Below, one piece after another: positions 49,976-61,033 of a stretch of 64,000 nucleotides of DNA. The position numbers were made by a program, and so were the translations under genes. The notes under the pieces are model-generated. The model saw nothing but the letters and a program-made list of their open reading frames with translations, ran no database searches and was not told where the DNA came from. The DNA comes from Octopus bimaculoides (taxonomy: Eukaryota), in contig NC_068993.1 in the NCBI RefSeq assembly GCF_001194135.2, forward strand, positions 17,456,075 through 17,520,074, given 5' to 3'. Each line of letters begins with the position of its first letter. Positions within the stretch are counted from its first letter, which is position 1.

Positions 49976-50910
49976 TATGGAGGAGATAGCTGAGGATTCT
50001 ACCTCCATGACCCTCCTAGGGTTCGTGTTTGTGAAAATGGATGGAGAGATGGTCAGAACTGTGTTGGTGTTAGAAGTTTTTAAAAAAGACACCACTGCCC
50101 GTCTTCTGGGTTTGATGGATGTCATTGCAAGAAAGACTAATTCCAACAATACTACAAGAATATTCTTTTATTCTTTTATTTGTTTCAGTAATTAGACTGT
50201 AGTCATGCAAGGGTGCTGCCCTGAAGGGTTTTAGTCAAACGAATCAACCCCAGTACTTGTTTTTAAGCCTGGTACTTATTCTATCAGTCTGTTTTGTGAA
50301 ACTGCTAAGATATGGGGGACATAAACACACCAACACCGGTTGTCAAGCAGTGGTGACACACATACACACACACACACACACACATGATAGGCCCAGATAT
50401 TTTCTCAATTTGCTTTAGTTCTTTTAATCTTTACTGGCCAGAACTGAATATACTTGGCTCTGTGCATGTGCACTTGAGACACAAGAACTGAGTCGGCTTG
50501 TTTTTGAACTCTTCACATTTCATATGATGTAATTTACACATTTTATTTTTTTTTTACTGGCCAGTAGAAAGTGGTTGCAACAACTGATTTGCTTATCATT
50601 AGTGTGATTATCACCTGTTAAAATTCAATCAGCACAATTAATATAAAACTTCAATACCAACATAACTTAGGTACTTCAAAGGTAGATAGTTGAGAAAATT
50701 TTGGAAGCAAGTATTAGAAGTATCCCTTTTTTGCATCACCCACTCAACAGTAGCATTAATATAGTACTTACTTTTCAGTTAAGTCTATAGTTAAGAAAGA
50801 AATTAAGACCTATTTAGAAAATTTTTTAAGACTACAATTTATTATCAATTGTGAAAAAAAGTACTTTATTCTATGAGAAATTTTAACTCACTTTAAAATA
50901 TTGTTTGAAG

Positions 50911-50998
50911 GGCCACTTTGCAAGGGGAAGAGCTATTTCGTCAATATACACCAATCAGTGATATGGAAGCACCTGGTTATTTTGATCTTCTTATCAAG
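50911..50998 (+). CDS. CYB5RL: NADH-cytochrome b5 reductase-like, coding exon 3 (RxYTP flavin-binding motif)
   Basis: TTGTTTGAAG| G + ATLQGEELFRQYTPISDMEAPGYFDLLIK |GTGAGT. Phase 2 in (completes R from exon 2), phase 0 out. Contains the RxY(T/S)P motif of FNR-family FAD-binding domains. Confidence 0.93.
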
Positions 50999-51035
50999 GT
51001 GAGTTAAATGCTTTTATCATCAAAATTGTCTTCTA

Positions 51036-51332
51036 CAAGGTGTCCACAAGGTCTGGGTACATGAAGTAAATAAAATCATAACATAAACAATTAAATATAA
51101 GAAATAATAATTTCTTAAAGTATGCGTTAATCCACATGTGGGTACATGGAGTAAATAAAATCATAGCATAAACAATTAAATATAAGAAATAAGAATTTCT
51201 TAAAGTATGTGTTAATCCACATGTGGGTACATGGAGTAAATAAAATCATAGCATAAACAATTAAATATAAGAAATAAGAATTTCTTAAAGTATGTGTTAA
51301 TCCACATGTACCCAGACTTTGTGGACACCCTG
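51036..51332. mobile_element. Tc1/mariner-type MITE whose interior is an 85-bp unit repeated three times
   Basis: TA|CAAGGTGTCCACAAGGTCTGGGTACATG ... CATGTACCCAGACTTTGTGGACACCCTG|TA. Unit starts at 51061, 51146 and 51231. Confidence 0.88.
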
Positions 51333-52248
51333 TACATCACATTTGTCACCTTTGATGTATAATTTATTGCTGTATTAACTTTTCTACATAACCTTTGATA
51401 ACCTCTGTTACATGACCTTTGCCATACAACTTTCCTCTACACATCATCATTGCTATACAATCTTTACTCTGCATCAACCGCTTTTGCAACATTGCTTTTG
51501 CCATACATTGGCAAGTGACATTGCAAACACATCTACCTGTCAGTGTATTCAATGTACACCTGTCAGCTTACTGGAGAAACCACAATATTGAAATGACCAT
51601 TAACTATGTAGATGAATGTCATATCCTCGTCATTGTCGTCGTCGTCATCGTTTCCCATACTTGTATGGATTGGACAGAATTCGTTGAGGCAAATTTTTTA
51701 TGGTGAGATGCCCTTCCTCTTGCCAACCCTTAGCTGTTTCTGAGTAAGGTAATATTTTCATGTGGCTGGTCATGATTTCATGGAAGGTTGCAAACGAAGG
51801 ACACTGTTTGTATGATGGTGACACTCATTTACAACAATCATGCTATGTCAGGAGAAAGAGACACACACACACACACACACACACACACANNNNNNNNNNN
51901 NNNNNNNNNNNNNNNNNNNNNNNNNNNNNNNNNNNNNNNNNNNNNNNNNNNNNNNNNNNNNNNNNNNNNNNNNNNNNNNNNNNNNNNNNNNNNNNNNNNN
52001 NNNNNNNNNNNNNNNNNNNNNNNNNNNNNNNNNNNNNNNNNNNNNNNNNNNNNNNNNNNNNNNNNNNNNNNNNNNNNNNNNNNNNNNNNNNNNNNNNNNN
52101 NNNNNNNNNNNNNNNNNNNNNNNNNNNNNNNNNNNNNNNNNNNNNNNNNNNNNNNNNNNNNNNNNNNNNNNNNNNNNNNNNNNNNNNNNNNNNNNNNNNN
52201 NNNNNNNNNNNNNNNNNNNNNNNNNNNNNNNNNNNNNNNNNNNNGTTC

Positions 52249-52600
52249 AGGTCACTGCTTGGAATCGAACTTGGAATCTTGGGGTTAGTAGCCTGTGCTC
52301 TTAACCACGAGCATATGGTGTAGTGGTTAAGAGCGCGAGCTACTAACCCCAAGATTCCAAGTTCGATTCCAAGCAGTGACCTAAGCAATAATAATAATAA
52401 TAATAACATTGAAAAATACCTTAGGAATGAGAACCCAGGTTTGAAATTTCCCCAAGACACCTGATGAAGGCTGAAGGGNNNNNNNNNNTGAAATTTCCCC
52501 AAGACACCTGATGAAGGCTGAAGGGTATATCAGCCGAAACGTTGTGGTAACAACAAACAAGATGAGGACAAATATCCATCTAATGTAAATAATGTAAGTC
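52249..52600 (+). mobile_element. Composite repeat: inverted pair of tRNA-like SINE heads, (AAT)n linker and Penelope-like tail carrying a hammerhead motif
   Basis: 52249-52308 is the reverse complement of 52323-52382 (GTGGTTAAGAGC..GCTACTAACCCCAAGATTCCAAGTTCGATTCC, A/B-box-like). (AAT)n at 52387-52405, then ...GACACCTGATGAAGGCTGAAGGGTATATCAGCCGAAACGTTGTG. Confidence 0.7.
52505..52546 (+). ncRNA. Minimal type-I hammerhead ribozyme motif (Penelope-type)
   Basis: CAC CTGATGA A GGCTGA-AGGGTATA-TCAGCC GAAA C GT T GTG. Intact CUGAUGA and GAAA, 6-bp stem II, 3-bp stem I, AACGTT palindrome in place of stem III, one extra A between A9 and G10.1. Confidence 0.65.
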
Positions 52601-52957
52601 CAATGTCCTAACCACTGATCCATGTGCCTTCACACACACACATACACACACATGATAGGCTTCTTTCAGTTTCTGTTTACCAAATCCCCTCATCAGGCTT
52701 TGGCTAGCTTGAGGCTATATAGTAGAAGACACTTGACTATGGGTGGCACACAATGGAACTAAATCAAACATTCATGAATTGATGATAGAATGTAGAATGA
52801 AGGAGTCTCCAGGAGGAAAAAAAAAGATTAAACCTGAAGTTTTTAAAGCAAAATAGTTTGATTTCACTGATAACCCAGAAATTAGATGTTATATCACAAA
52901 AATCACTTTGCTATTACTTTTAGAGAAAAACTGGTAGTGGTGGTTGCGGGGCCCTAC

Positions 52958-53130
52958 TACTGCTGCTGTTACTGTTAACACTACTACCACCACCACCACC
53001 ACTACCACCACCACTACAACCATCGTTGTGGCTGCTGCCACTGTCACCACCACTGCTGCCACTGTTGCCGCTACCTCTATTACTGCTGCCACTGCCGCCA
53101 CTACTACTATGGCAACTAACAGCAGCAGAT
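52958..53130. repeat. Compound trinucleotide low-complexity tract (ACT/ACC/GCT/GCC)
   Basis: Direct inspection. It produces the poly-Thr/Ala and poly-Val ORFs in the track. Confidence 0.9.
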
Positions 53131-53401
53131 GTAATACTACAAGTGGTATTGATGCTCCTAAAAGGACAGTCATTCAGGAAAACTTATCCCCCTTGAATCT
53201 CGAGGGTTATATATTTGGGAGCTTGATATCTTCCTCAATATTGTACTGGTATTTTTCAAAAAGAGTTTTCAGAAGCAGAAAACAAAATGGTGTTGGCATT
53301 AGAAGCCAAGAAAATCATTGGGGGAATTCGTGACAGTGTTCAGGGAACAAATTAAATACACTACCCAGCAGTGGCTAAAATGCGAACCGATCAAGTTTAT
53401 A

Positions 53402-53791
53402 TACTCTTTTACTCTTTTACTTGTTTCAGTCATTTGACTGCGGCCATGCTGGGGCACCGCCTTTTAGTCGAGCAAATTGACCCCAGGACTTATTCTTTGT
53501 AAGCCTAGTACTTATTCTATCAGTCTCTTTTTGTCGAACCGCTAAGTTACAGGGACACCAACACACCAGCCTCGGTTGTCAAGTGAAGTTGGGGGACAAA
53601 CACAGACACACAAACATAAATATACATATATACGACGGGCTTCTTTCAGTTTCCGTCTACCAAATCCACTCACAAGGCTTTGGTCGGCTCGAGGCTATAG
53701 TAGAAGACACTTGCCCAAGGTGCCACACAGTGGGACTGAACCCAGAATCATGTGGCTGGTAAGCAAGCTACTTACCACACAGCCACTCCTG
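53402..53791 (-). mobile_element. Full-length tRNA-derived SINE (9030 family)
   Basis: Reverse complement aligns with 9030-9424. Confidence 0.85.
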
Positions 53792-56700
53792 ATATATAAA
53801 TATTCTTTTTATATGTTTCCTTTAACACAATATTAAAACAATGGCTGAAAATTTTCTGAAGCAGCATCCCACTAATTTTATCTACGAGTCACCACTGCTC
53901 CGTTTATTTGTACAAGGAGAGGGTAAATGTTTATATCAATCATGTTCAAATTAATAAACTGTAATCCTTATCTTTCTCTCCCACACACTATCTGTATGTG
54001 TATATTTCAGCACATACATGCATGTGTATGTGTGTGTGTGTGTTTGCCTCCAGTGCCAAAATATACTGTCACCAAAGCAGGCTGAATGTCTGGTCATCTG
54101 TGCCAAAATCATCAGCATTCAAACACTCACACCTATTCATCTCATTCCATTGTTCAATATCCTATCAATTTGTTCATCTCTTATTTGGAAATGTAAAGAG
54201 GTAAACAGCTACAGTAATTTATTCTACTGTTGATCTAACATTTTTCTAACACTTATATCTAATTTTCCTCTCTCCCTCATTTTTCCCCATCTCTTCCTTT
54301 CTTTCCCTCATTTCTCTTTATCTTTTCTTTCTCCTTCCCTCATTTATCCTTATCTCTTTCCTCTCTTTTCACTCCTCTTCTCTCTCTATTTCCCCCCTCT
54401 CATACTCATACTCAGAATAAATTCATTGGGACAGAAGGTAAATTCCTGCCAGAGGCAACAATAAGATAGTCTGCCCCAGGCAATGCTTTTATGGGAATGG
54501 TACTGCCAAGTTTGCTATATAAGCCTGTATAGGGGATGGGATCAGGGAGATGCAAGTTCAGGGGTTTCCCAGGTGGTACATATTCTAGCTACACCTCTGA
54601 TACTTGATGAACTCTGACCTGGTTTTGATCTCTTGTTGTAGCTTATGATGTTAATACTTTAACCCTTTAGCACTCAGATTACTTTCTCTAATGTAATGCT
54701 TATTTGTTCACATTATCGTCATCGTTGTCATCGTCATCATCATCATCATTATTTAGCATCTGCTTTCCATACTGGCATAAGTTACACGGATTGACTGCAA
54801 ACTGGTAAGCTGGAGAGCTGCACCAGGCTCCAATCTGATTTGGCATGGTTTCTACAGCTGGACGCTCTTGCTAACACTAACCTCTCCAAGAGTGTAATGG
54901 GTGCTTTTTATATGCTTCCAGCCTGGGTGCCAGTTATGTGACACTGGCAACAGCCATGAGTATGATTTCACTTGGCTTGACAAGTCTTCTCAAGCAGTGA
55001 TTGTTTCTTTTTAGAATGACATTGTAGGGTATGTATGAGAGGCTGGATCTGATTGGTTTAAACATAAAACAGAATGGTTGGGTCAGATATAGCCAATTTG
55101 AATAATGCTAATGTGTTTACACAGTGTAGCAGGCTTTATAAGTCTGATAATGTTTAGCTTTATATCTCTATGTCCTGTGTTCACATCCTGCTTGGGTTGA
55201 TTTTGCTTTTCATTCCACAGCATTTAATTTTGAAAAAAACAAAAAGAACTAAGCATGTGATAGGTGTTAATTCGATTGGAAATACTTCTTTCCTACAAAT
55301 TTTGTGGTTTTGTACCAGTATAAGAAATCAATAGTTTTACATTTTAATTATAATACAAAAATAGGTTTGGAAATTAACAAAAATATATATAAAAAAAAAA
55401 GAGAAATTTCATTTAGTGTTTGTTTATTATTGATTGATTTCATGTTATATTAAAAAAATTACAATGACTAACGATAAGAAATTTTGTCTGCAAGATTTTG
55501 ATTGATATAGTGCTTTATCTCGTATAATTATACCAAACCATTTTGGAAAGTATTGTATTTGAAGCACTCAGAATTATGTCTTAAATCACTAATTAAATAC
55601 TAGTATTACTTATTATTTATTTATTTATTTGTATCAAGTTCTGATTGAGTCAATAAAAGAAAACTGGCCAGACTATATGATATATATTATATAGTTTTGG
55701 CCCTTTGTAATTCTGAGTTCAAATCCTCTCAAAAGTTAATTGGTAACATGTGGCCCATGGGAGTTTCTGAATGGCATGCCTAACCAAAAAATTACCTTGA
55801 AATTTGTTTAGTTGTGTGGCATATCTGATGATGAGTCATGTCCCATGTGACCTGCTTCTTGAAAAAAAAGGTTGCCCACGTCTGCTCTAAAGTCTACTAA
55901 TTTCATTGGCCCTTTTGAGTTAATGAATTATGTGCTGTCAAGAAACTGGAGTTGATTCTCAATTAATGAAGCTCTTCTACCTCAAGAACGAGATTTATGG
56001 CCTGTCACAAAAGAATAAACAATTTTATATTTAATTTCTCTGTAGGTGTGTATGCATGCATGTGTGCACATGTGTGTGTATGTGTGTATCATCTTCATCA
56101 TCATTTGATGCTCATTTTTTCATGCTTGCATGGATGAGATGGAATTTGTTGAGACAAGTTTCTCTATGGTTGGATGCCTTTCCTGTCACTAATTCTCACA
56201 GCCATACCTATGCCTTATATGTGTGTGTGTGTGTGTGTGTGCGTGCATGCATATATATAAATATATATATACATATACATATATATNNNNNNNNNNNNNN
56301 NNNNNNNNNNNNNNNNNNNNNNNNNNNNNNNNNNNNNNNNNNNNNNNNNNNNNNNNNNNNNNNNNNNNNNNNNNNNNNNNNNNNNNNNNNNNNNNNNNNN
56401 NNNNNNNNNNNNNNNNNNNNNNNNNNNNNNNNNNTATAATGGGAGAAAAGAACCTGGGTTTGACTTGATATTTCTTTATTACATTTGTTACATGTGTTTC
56501 AGTATTTGGTAATAAATAATGCGATATCATTTATTACTGAATACTGAGACATATGTAACATATGTAATGATAGAATACCAAGTTCAAGCTCATGTTCTTT
56601 TCTCTCATCATTGATGCTCTCTCCTCTGACAACATAGAACACTTTGGGATCAAGCAACAGTGTGAGTTTCAGGAGCCACAAATTGAACAGTAAAATTGTC

Positions 56701-57302
56701 CTACTCTGAGTACATCCACTCCTACTTGTATGTATGTGTGTGTGTCTGTGTGTGTGTACATGTAACGAGAGTGAATGTATGTGTGTTTGTGTGTGTGTGT
56801 GTGTGTAGACAATACAATAGTTCTGCTCTAGTATATGATAGAATCCAATTGTTGAATGTGTATTTTCATAATTGCAAGGTTGAAGTCTTGGAATCTAAGA
56901 ATGGTCAAATTATAACTGGTAACAATGAATATGTTTTTGTAAAATTCTCTTGACTTTGTTAAGGTAGAAGATTTAAAATAAGAATTGTGGTAAAGCATAT
57001 CAGAGATTAATTACATTTTAGTTTGTTTACTTTTATAACATTTCACACATGAGAAACCATGGATAATAATGGCTATCATTCTGATTTTTATTTATGTGGG
57101 TTTGAATAAGTTTAAAAAATTTGTTATTTCCATATAGGTGCAGGTGTAACTGTGTGATAGGAAGTTTGCTTCTCAACCACATGGTTCTGGGTTAAGGACC
57201 CACTGCATGGCACCTTGGCCAAGTGTATTCTGTTTTAACTTAGGACAGACCAAAGCATTGTCAGTGAATTTAGTAGACAGAAACTGAAAGAAGCCTGTTG
57301 TA

Positions 57303-57335
<33 letters not shown>

Positions 57336-57690
57336 TCTTTTACTTGTTTCAGTCATTTGACTGCTGCCATGTTGGAGCACTGCCTTTAGTTGAACAAATC
57401 AACCCCTTATTCTTTGTCAGCCTAGTACTTATTCTATTGGTCCCTTTTGCCAAATTGCTAAGTTATGGGATATAAACACACAAATATTGGTTGCCAAGCA
57501 ATGGTGGAGGGACAAACAAACACACAAACAAATCCTCTCACAAGGCTTTGGTTGGCGGGCACTGAATACCCCTCCCATTTTTTTTCTTTTTTTTTTTACA
57601 TTCATATATATAATTTTTCATCTCATTAATGTGTTTGTCTAGCCCGCATTACTTCTCTGTACTGACCATGTGGCAAATTTAATGAAATAA

Positions 57691-57836
57691 AGAAGCTTGC
57701 CTCCTGACCACATGGTTCCAGGTTCAGTCCCACTGCATGGCACCTTGGGCAAGTGTCTTCTACTATAGCCTCGGGCCGACCAAAGCCTTGTGAGTGGATT
57801 TGGTAGACGGAAACTGAAAGAAGACAATCGTATATA

Positions 57837-57878
<42 letters not shown>

Positions 57879-58103
57879 CATACACACACACACACACATA
57901 AGTATTTGTGAGTCTGTTTGTCCCCCAGCATCGCTTGACAACTGATATTGATATGTTTATGTCCCCGTAAGTTAGCAGTTTGGCAGAAGAGACCGATAGA
58001 ATAAGTACTAAGCTTACAAAGAATAAGTTCTGGGGTCGATTTGTTCGACTAAAGGCGGTGCTCCAGCATGGCCACAGTCAAATGACTGAAACAAGTAAAA
58101 GAG
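57691..58103 (+). mobile_element. Near full-length tRNA-derived SINE (9030 family)
   Basis: Aligns with 9045-9424. Opposite orientation to the 53402 copy. Confidence 0.85.
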
Positions 58104-59099
58104 ATTCAGTAAAATGTTTAATTTTTTTTAGTTTTCCTGTTTATTAATCTTTTCATTTTTGTATGATTTGTTATAAAAACGTTATCAGATTCAGTAAGAT
58201 GTTTCATATTTTCACTTTCCATGTTTATTAATTTTTCATTTTTTTTTTGTTGTTTTGTTTTATTGAGAGTTAAACAATTTTTTAGTTGAGAAAGATAACC
58301 AAAAGTACTGATATTTCTCATAAAACGTGGAGAGATAACCCAATTTTTAATGGGGGTGAGATAACCAAAAAGTACCAGTTCTACAATTCAAACTGTAAAG
58401 TCAAAATACCGGACATGCAAAATATGAAGAATTTCTTACCTTTCTCTGAAATCACAAATTCAAAGGGAAAATAGTATTATACCTGGCAGAATAAAATATG
58501 TCTATCACAAACTAGTAACCACTGAAGAATTGAGTTGCTTGGTGACAGTGAGCAAACAATATCTGTACATAGATAGATAGATACACAAACATACATACAC
58601 ACACACAAACTTCTGTGTGTGTGTGTGTATGTGTGTGTGTATGTGTGTGTGTATNNNNNNNNNNGGGAGAGACAGAGAGACTAAGAGGTGTATTTGTGTG
58701 TTTGTATGTATGAATGAATGTGTGTACGTATGCCTGTGTGTGTACATTTGTATGTATGTATAAGTATACATCCCACCTTTCATTACCATTGCTTCTTTTC
58801 GTTGTCTTTTCTATTGAAGTTGTTCTTATTTTCATTGTTTTGGATTTCTTTCATTTTACTTTTATATCCCTAGAGAATTCATTGATGAACTTTTTTCATC
58901 TACATTTTTTTGTTTCTTTTAAATTTACAGTACACCCTCGTATTTTTTTCCTTGTCTGGCTTGAAATTTTCAGTTAACATCTTAACCAAAGTAAATAGAT
59001 AACTCATCTATGTACTTTGATCTTAACATAAGGCCCTTCAACTGTGGAAGCGTCCTACAACCACAGGGGGTGCAGGAGCTTAGCGACAGCCCTGGTCTT

Positions 59100-60050
59100 C
59101 ACTGGTACATTCCACTAGTATTCCTTTTTATAATGAGTGGCTATGGCTTCTACCATATTGTGAGTTCTTTTTCTTTGTCCTTGGGATTATCTTACTGACA
59201 GATTTCATTATAGAGTGTCCTAGCTACAACATCATGTCTCAACAGTAGATAATACCGTAATGACATTTTTGGACAACTGCTTATGATATGGGTAATATCT
59301 TCAGTGTGAACCCCACAAAGTCTGCATCGGTTGTCACATTTTACTGCTTTTCCTACAGCCTTGTCCCTTTTGTGAATCAGGTATTTGGTTGATATTTCCT
59401 GTTCCTGGATTGCAAACGTGGGAGGTAGTAATCTGGCTATTTATCCATGATAAACTGTTTTGATGATTGATGTTACTNNNNNNNNNNNNNNNNNNNNNNN
59501 NNNNNNNNNNNNNNNNNNNNNNNNNNNNNNNNNNNNNNNNNNNNNNNNNNNNNNNNNNNNNNNNNNNNNNNNNNNNNNNNNNNNNNNNNNNNNNNNNNNN
59601 NNNNNNNNNNNNNNNNNNNNNNNNNNNNNNNNNNNNNNNNNNNNNNNNNNNNNNNNNNNNNNNNNNNNNNNNNNNNNNNNNNNNNNNNNNNNNNNNNNNN
59701 NNNNNNNNNNNNNNNNNNNNNNNNNNNNNNNNNNNNNNNNNNNNNNNNNNNNNNNNNNNNNNNNNNNNNNNNNNNNNNNNNNNNNNNNNNNNNNNNNNNN
59801 NNNNNNNNNNNNNNNNNNNNNNNNNNNNNNNNNNNNNNNNNNNNNNNNNATACGTTGTGGTAGAGTCATGCGACTTCTTTGGACATGTATTCTAGGTTAT
59901 CAGACAAAGAGTGTTGCTCAAAGAGTGTTGCTCAAAGAGCTGCCTTCCAAGTCTTATGATGTTATCAGCCTCATGTATACAAACTTGGTCAAGGGATGTA
60001 CTTTGACAAGATGTTGCCGAAGGGATATGATGTGACATTCAAAGGCATTT
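59100..60050 (-). mobile_element. RLE-type non-LTR retrotransposon remnant (R4/Dong/HERO-like): post-RT region and CCHC zinc knuckle, split by a gap
   Basis: Minus 59416-59192 reads FAIQEQEISTKYLIHKRDKAVGKAVKCDNRCRLCGVHTEDITHIISSCPKMSLRYYLLLRHDVVARTLYNEICQ*. It has the AxQEQ, CRLC..E..HI.S.C and RHD.VA motifs that precede the restriction-like endonuclease. Confidence 0.75.
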
Positions 60051-60100
60051 TGGATCAATGTTAAGCCTCTGCCTCCTTGTTTTCATTTTGGTAGAGTATG

Positions 60101-60134
<34 letters not shown>

Positions 60135-60893
60135 TGTATGTATGTATGCATGCATGCATGCATGCATGCATGTATATCCAATGACCAATGAATGCAACTG
60201 AATAATAATGAGCAGGATTGTGACAGCCTGCTAGAAAGAGCAACCAAATCACCTTCAAATTACACTTTACTCTTTTATAACGAGTACATTTGGGAATATT
60301 TTAGATGCATTATAGCTGGGAAAAGCTGGGGTGGTTCATGGTTGGAACCCTTTTAATGATACTCTTCTTAAATCAGGGTTGACAGACAAAAGACCATCAG
60401 ATTTTTTTTGACACAGGATAGAGGCAGTTTACATTTAGTCTATATATACGAAGCTAAACAGAAGCCTTTTATTTTTCAAATTTACACACATGTTCATTCA
60501 GATGAATTCTAAATATATGATCAATATTGAAAAGTTTTGCAGTTGAAACAGTGCAAGCATTAGTTTTCTCAAGAACTGTATGCATTCATTTAGACAATTT
60601 CTATTCCTGCTTTTACTGTAAGGACTCTAGCTGATAAGAACTGTAAATATATCATGTAGAAAAGGTTTTTCCACATGTCTCTGTACACAAACTTAGCCAA
60701 AACCTCATATTCTGTTCTTCTTTATTGTTAGTAAAGTTGTTTTAATATATGTTATCCCATTTAGCCATTTACTTTGGCCTACATTTATAACTCGGGTTTT
60801 TAGGGATAATTGTCTCTAATTGCCCCCACAAAATCTAGTTTCTGCTAACCTACAGAGCCAAACAACTTTGACATCTCTGACTTAGTTGATTAG

Positions 60894-61033
60894 TAATATT
60901 TATCCCCACTTAAATGTGGATGGTCTGTTAGAACAAACTATATTGTGGAAGATACAATGAGAAACTCTCATATTGGCTTTTGGTGCAAAATGGTTCTAAC
61001 AGAACATCCATGTTAAAGTGGGGATAAATATTA
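60894..61033. repeat. 140-bp MITE-like hairpin with ~40-bp inverted arms
   Basis: TAATATTTATCCCCACTTAAATGTGGATGGTCTGTTAGAAC ... GTTCTAACAGAACATCCATGTTAAAGTGGGGATAAATATTA. Confidence 0.8.

Noticed and set aside
51061-51310. Regular 85-bp periodicity as a possible CRISPR-like array
   Set aside because: Units are full-length near-identical tandem copies with no unique spacers, inside a TA-flanked MITE in an animal intron. No cas genes.
52440-52526. Apparent tandem duplication of the hammerhead 5' half, which would suggest a dimeric ribozyme
   Set aside because: The two copies flank a 10-N gap exactly as at 20335-20420, so most likely a contig overlap and not a real dimer.
52889-53333. Poly-Thr/Ala (mucin-like) ORF on + and poly-Val/Ala ORF on -
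   Set aside because: Produced by a compound trinucleotide repeat. No splice signals, signal peptide or phase fit with CYB5RL.
55750-55790. Frame reading CGPWEFLNGMPNQ, superficially like the WRGPFG...PNQ of the expected CYB5RL exon 4
   Set aside because: In-frame stop a few codons upstream, no acceptor, no GT donor after PNQ, and the G.MS.Y segment is absent.
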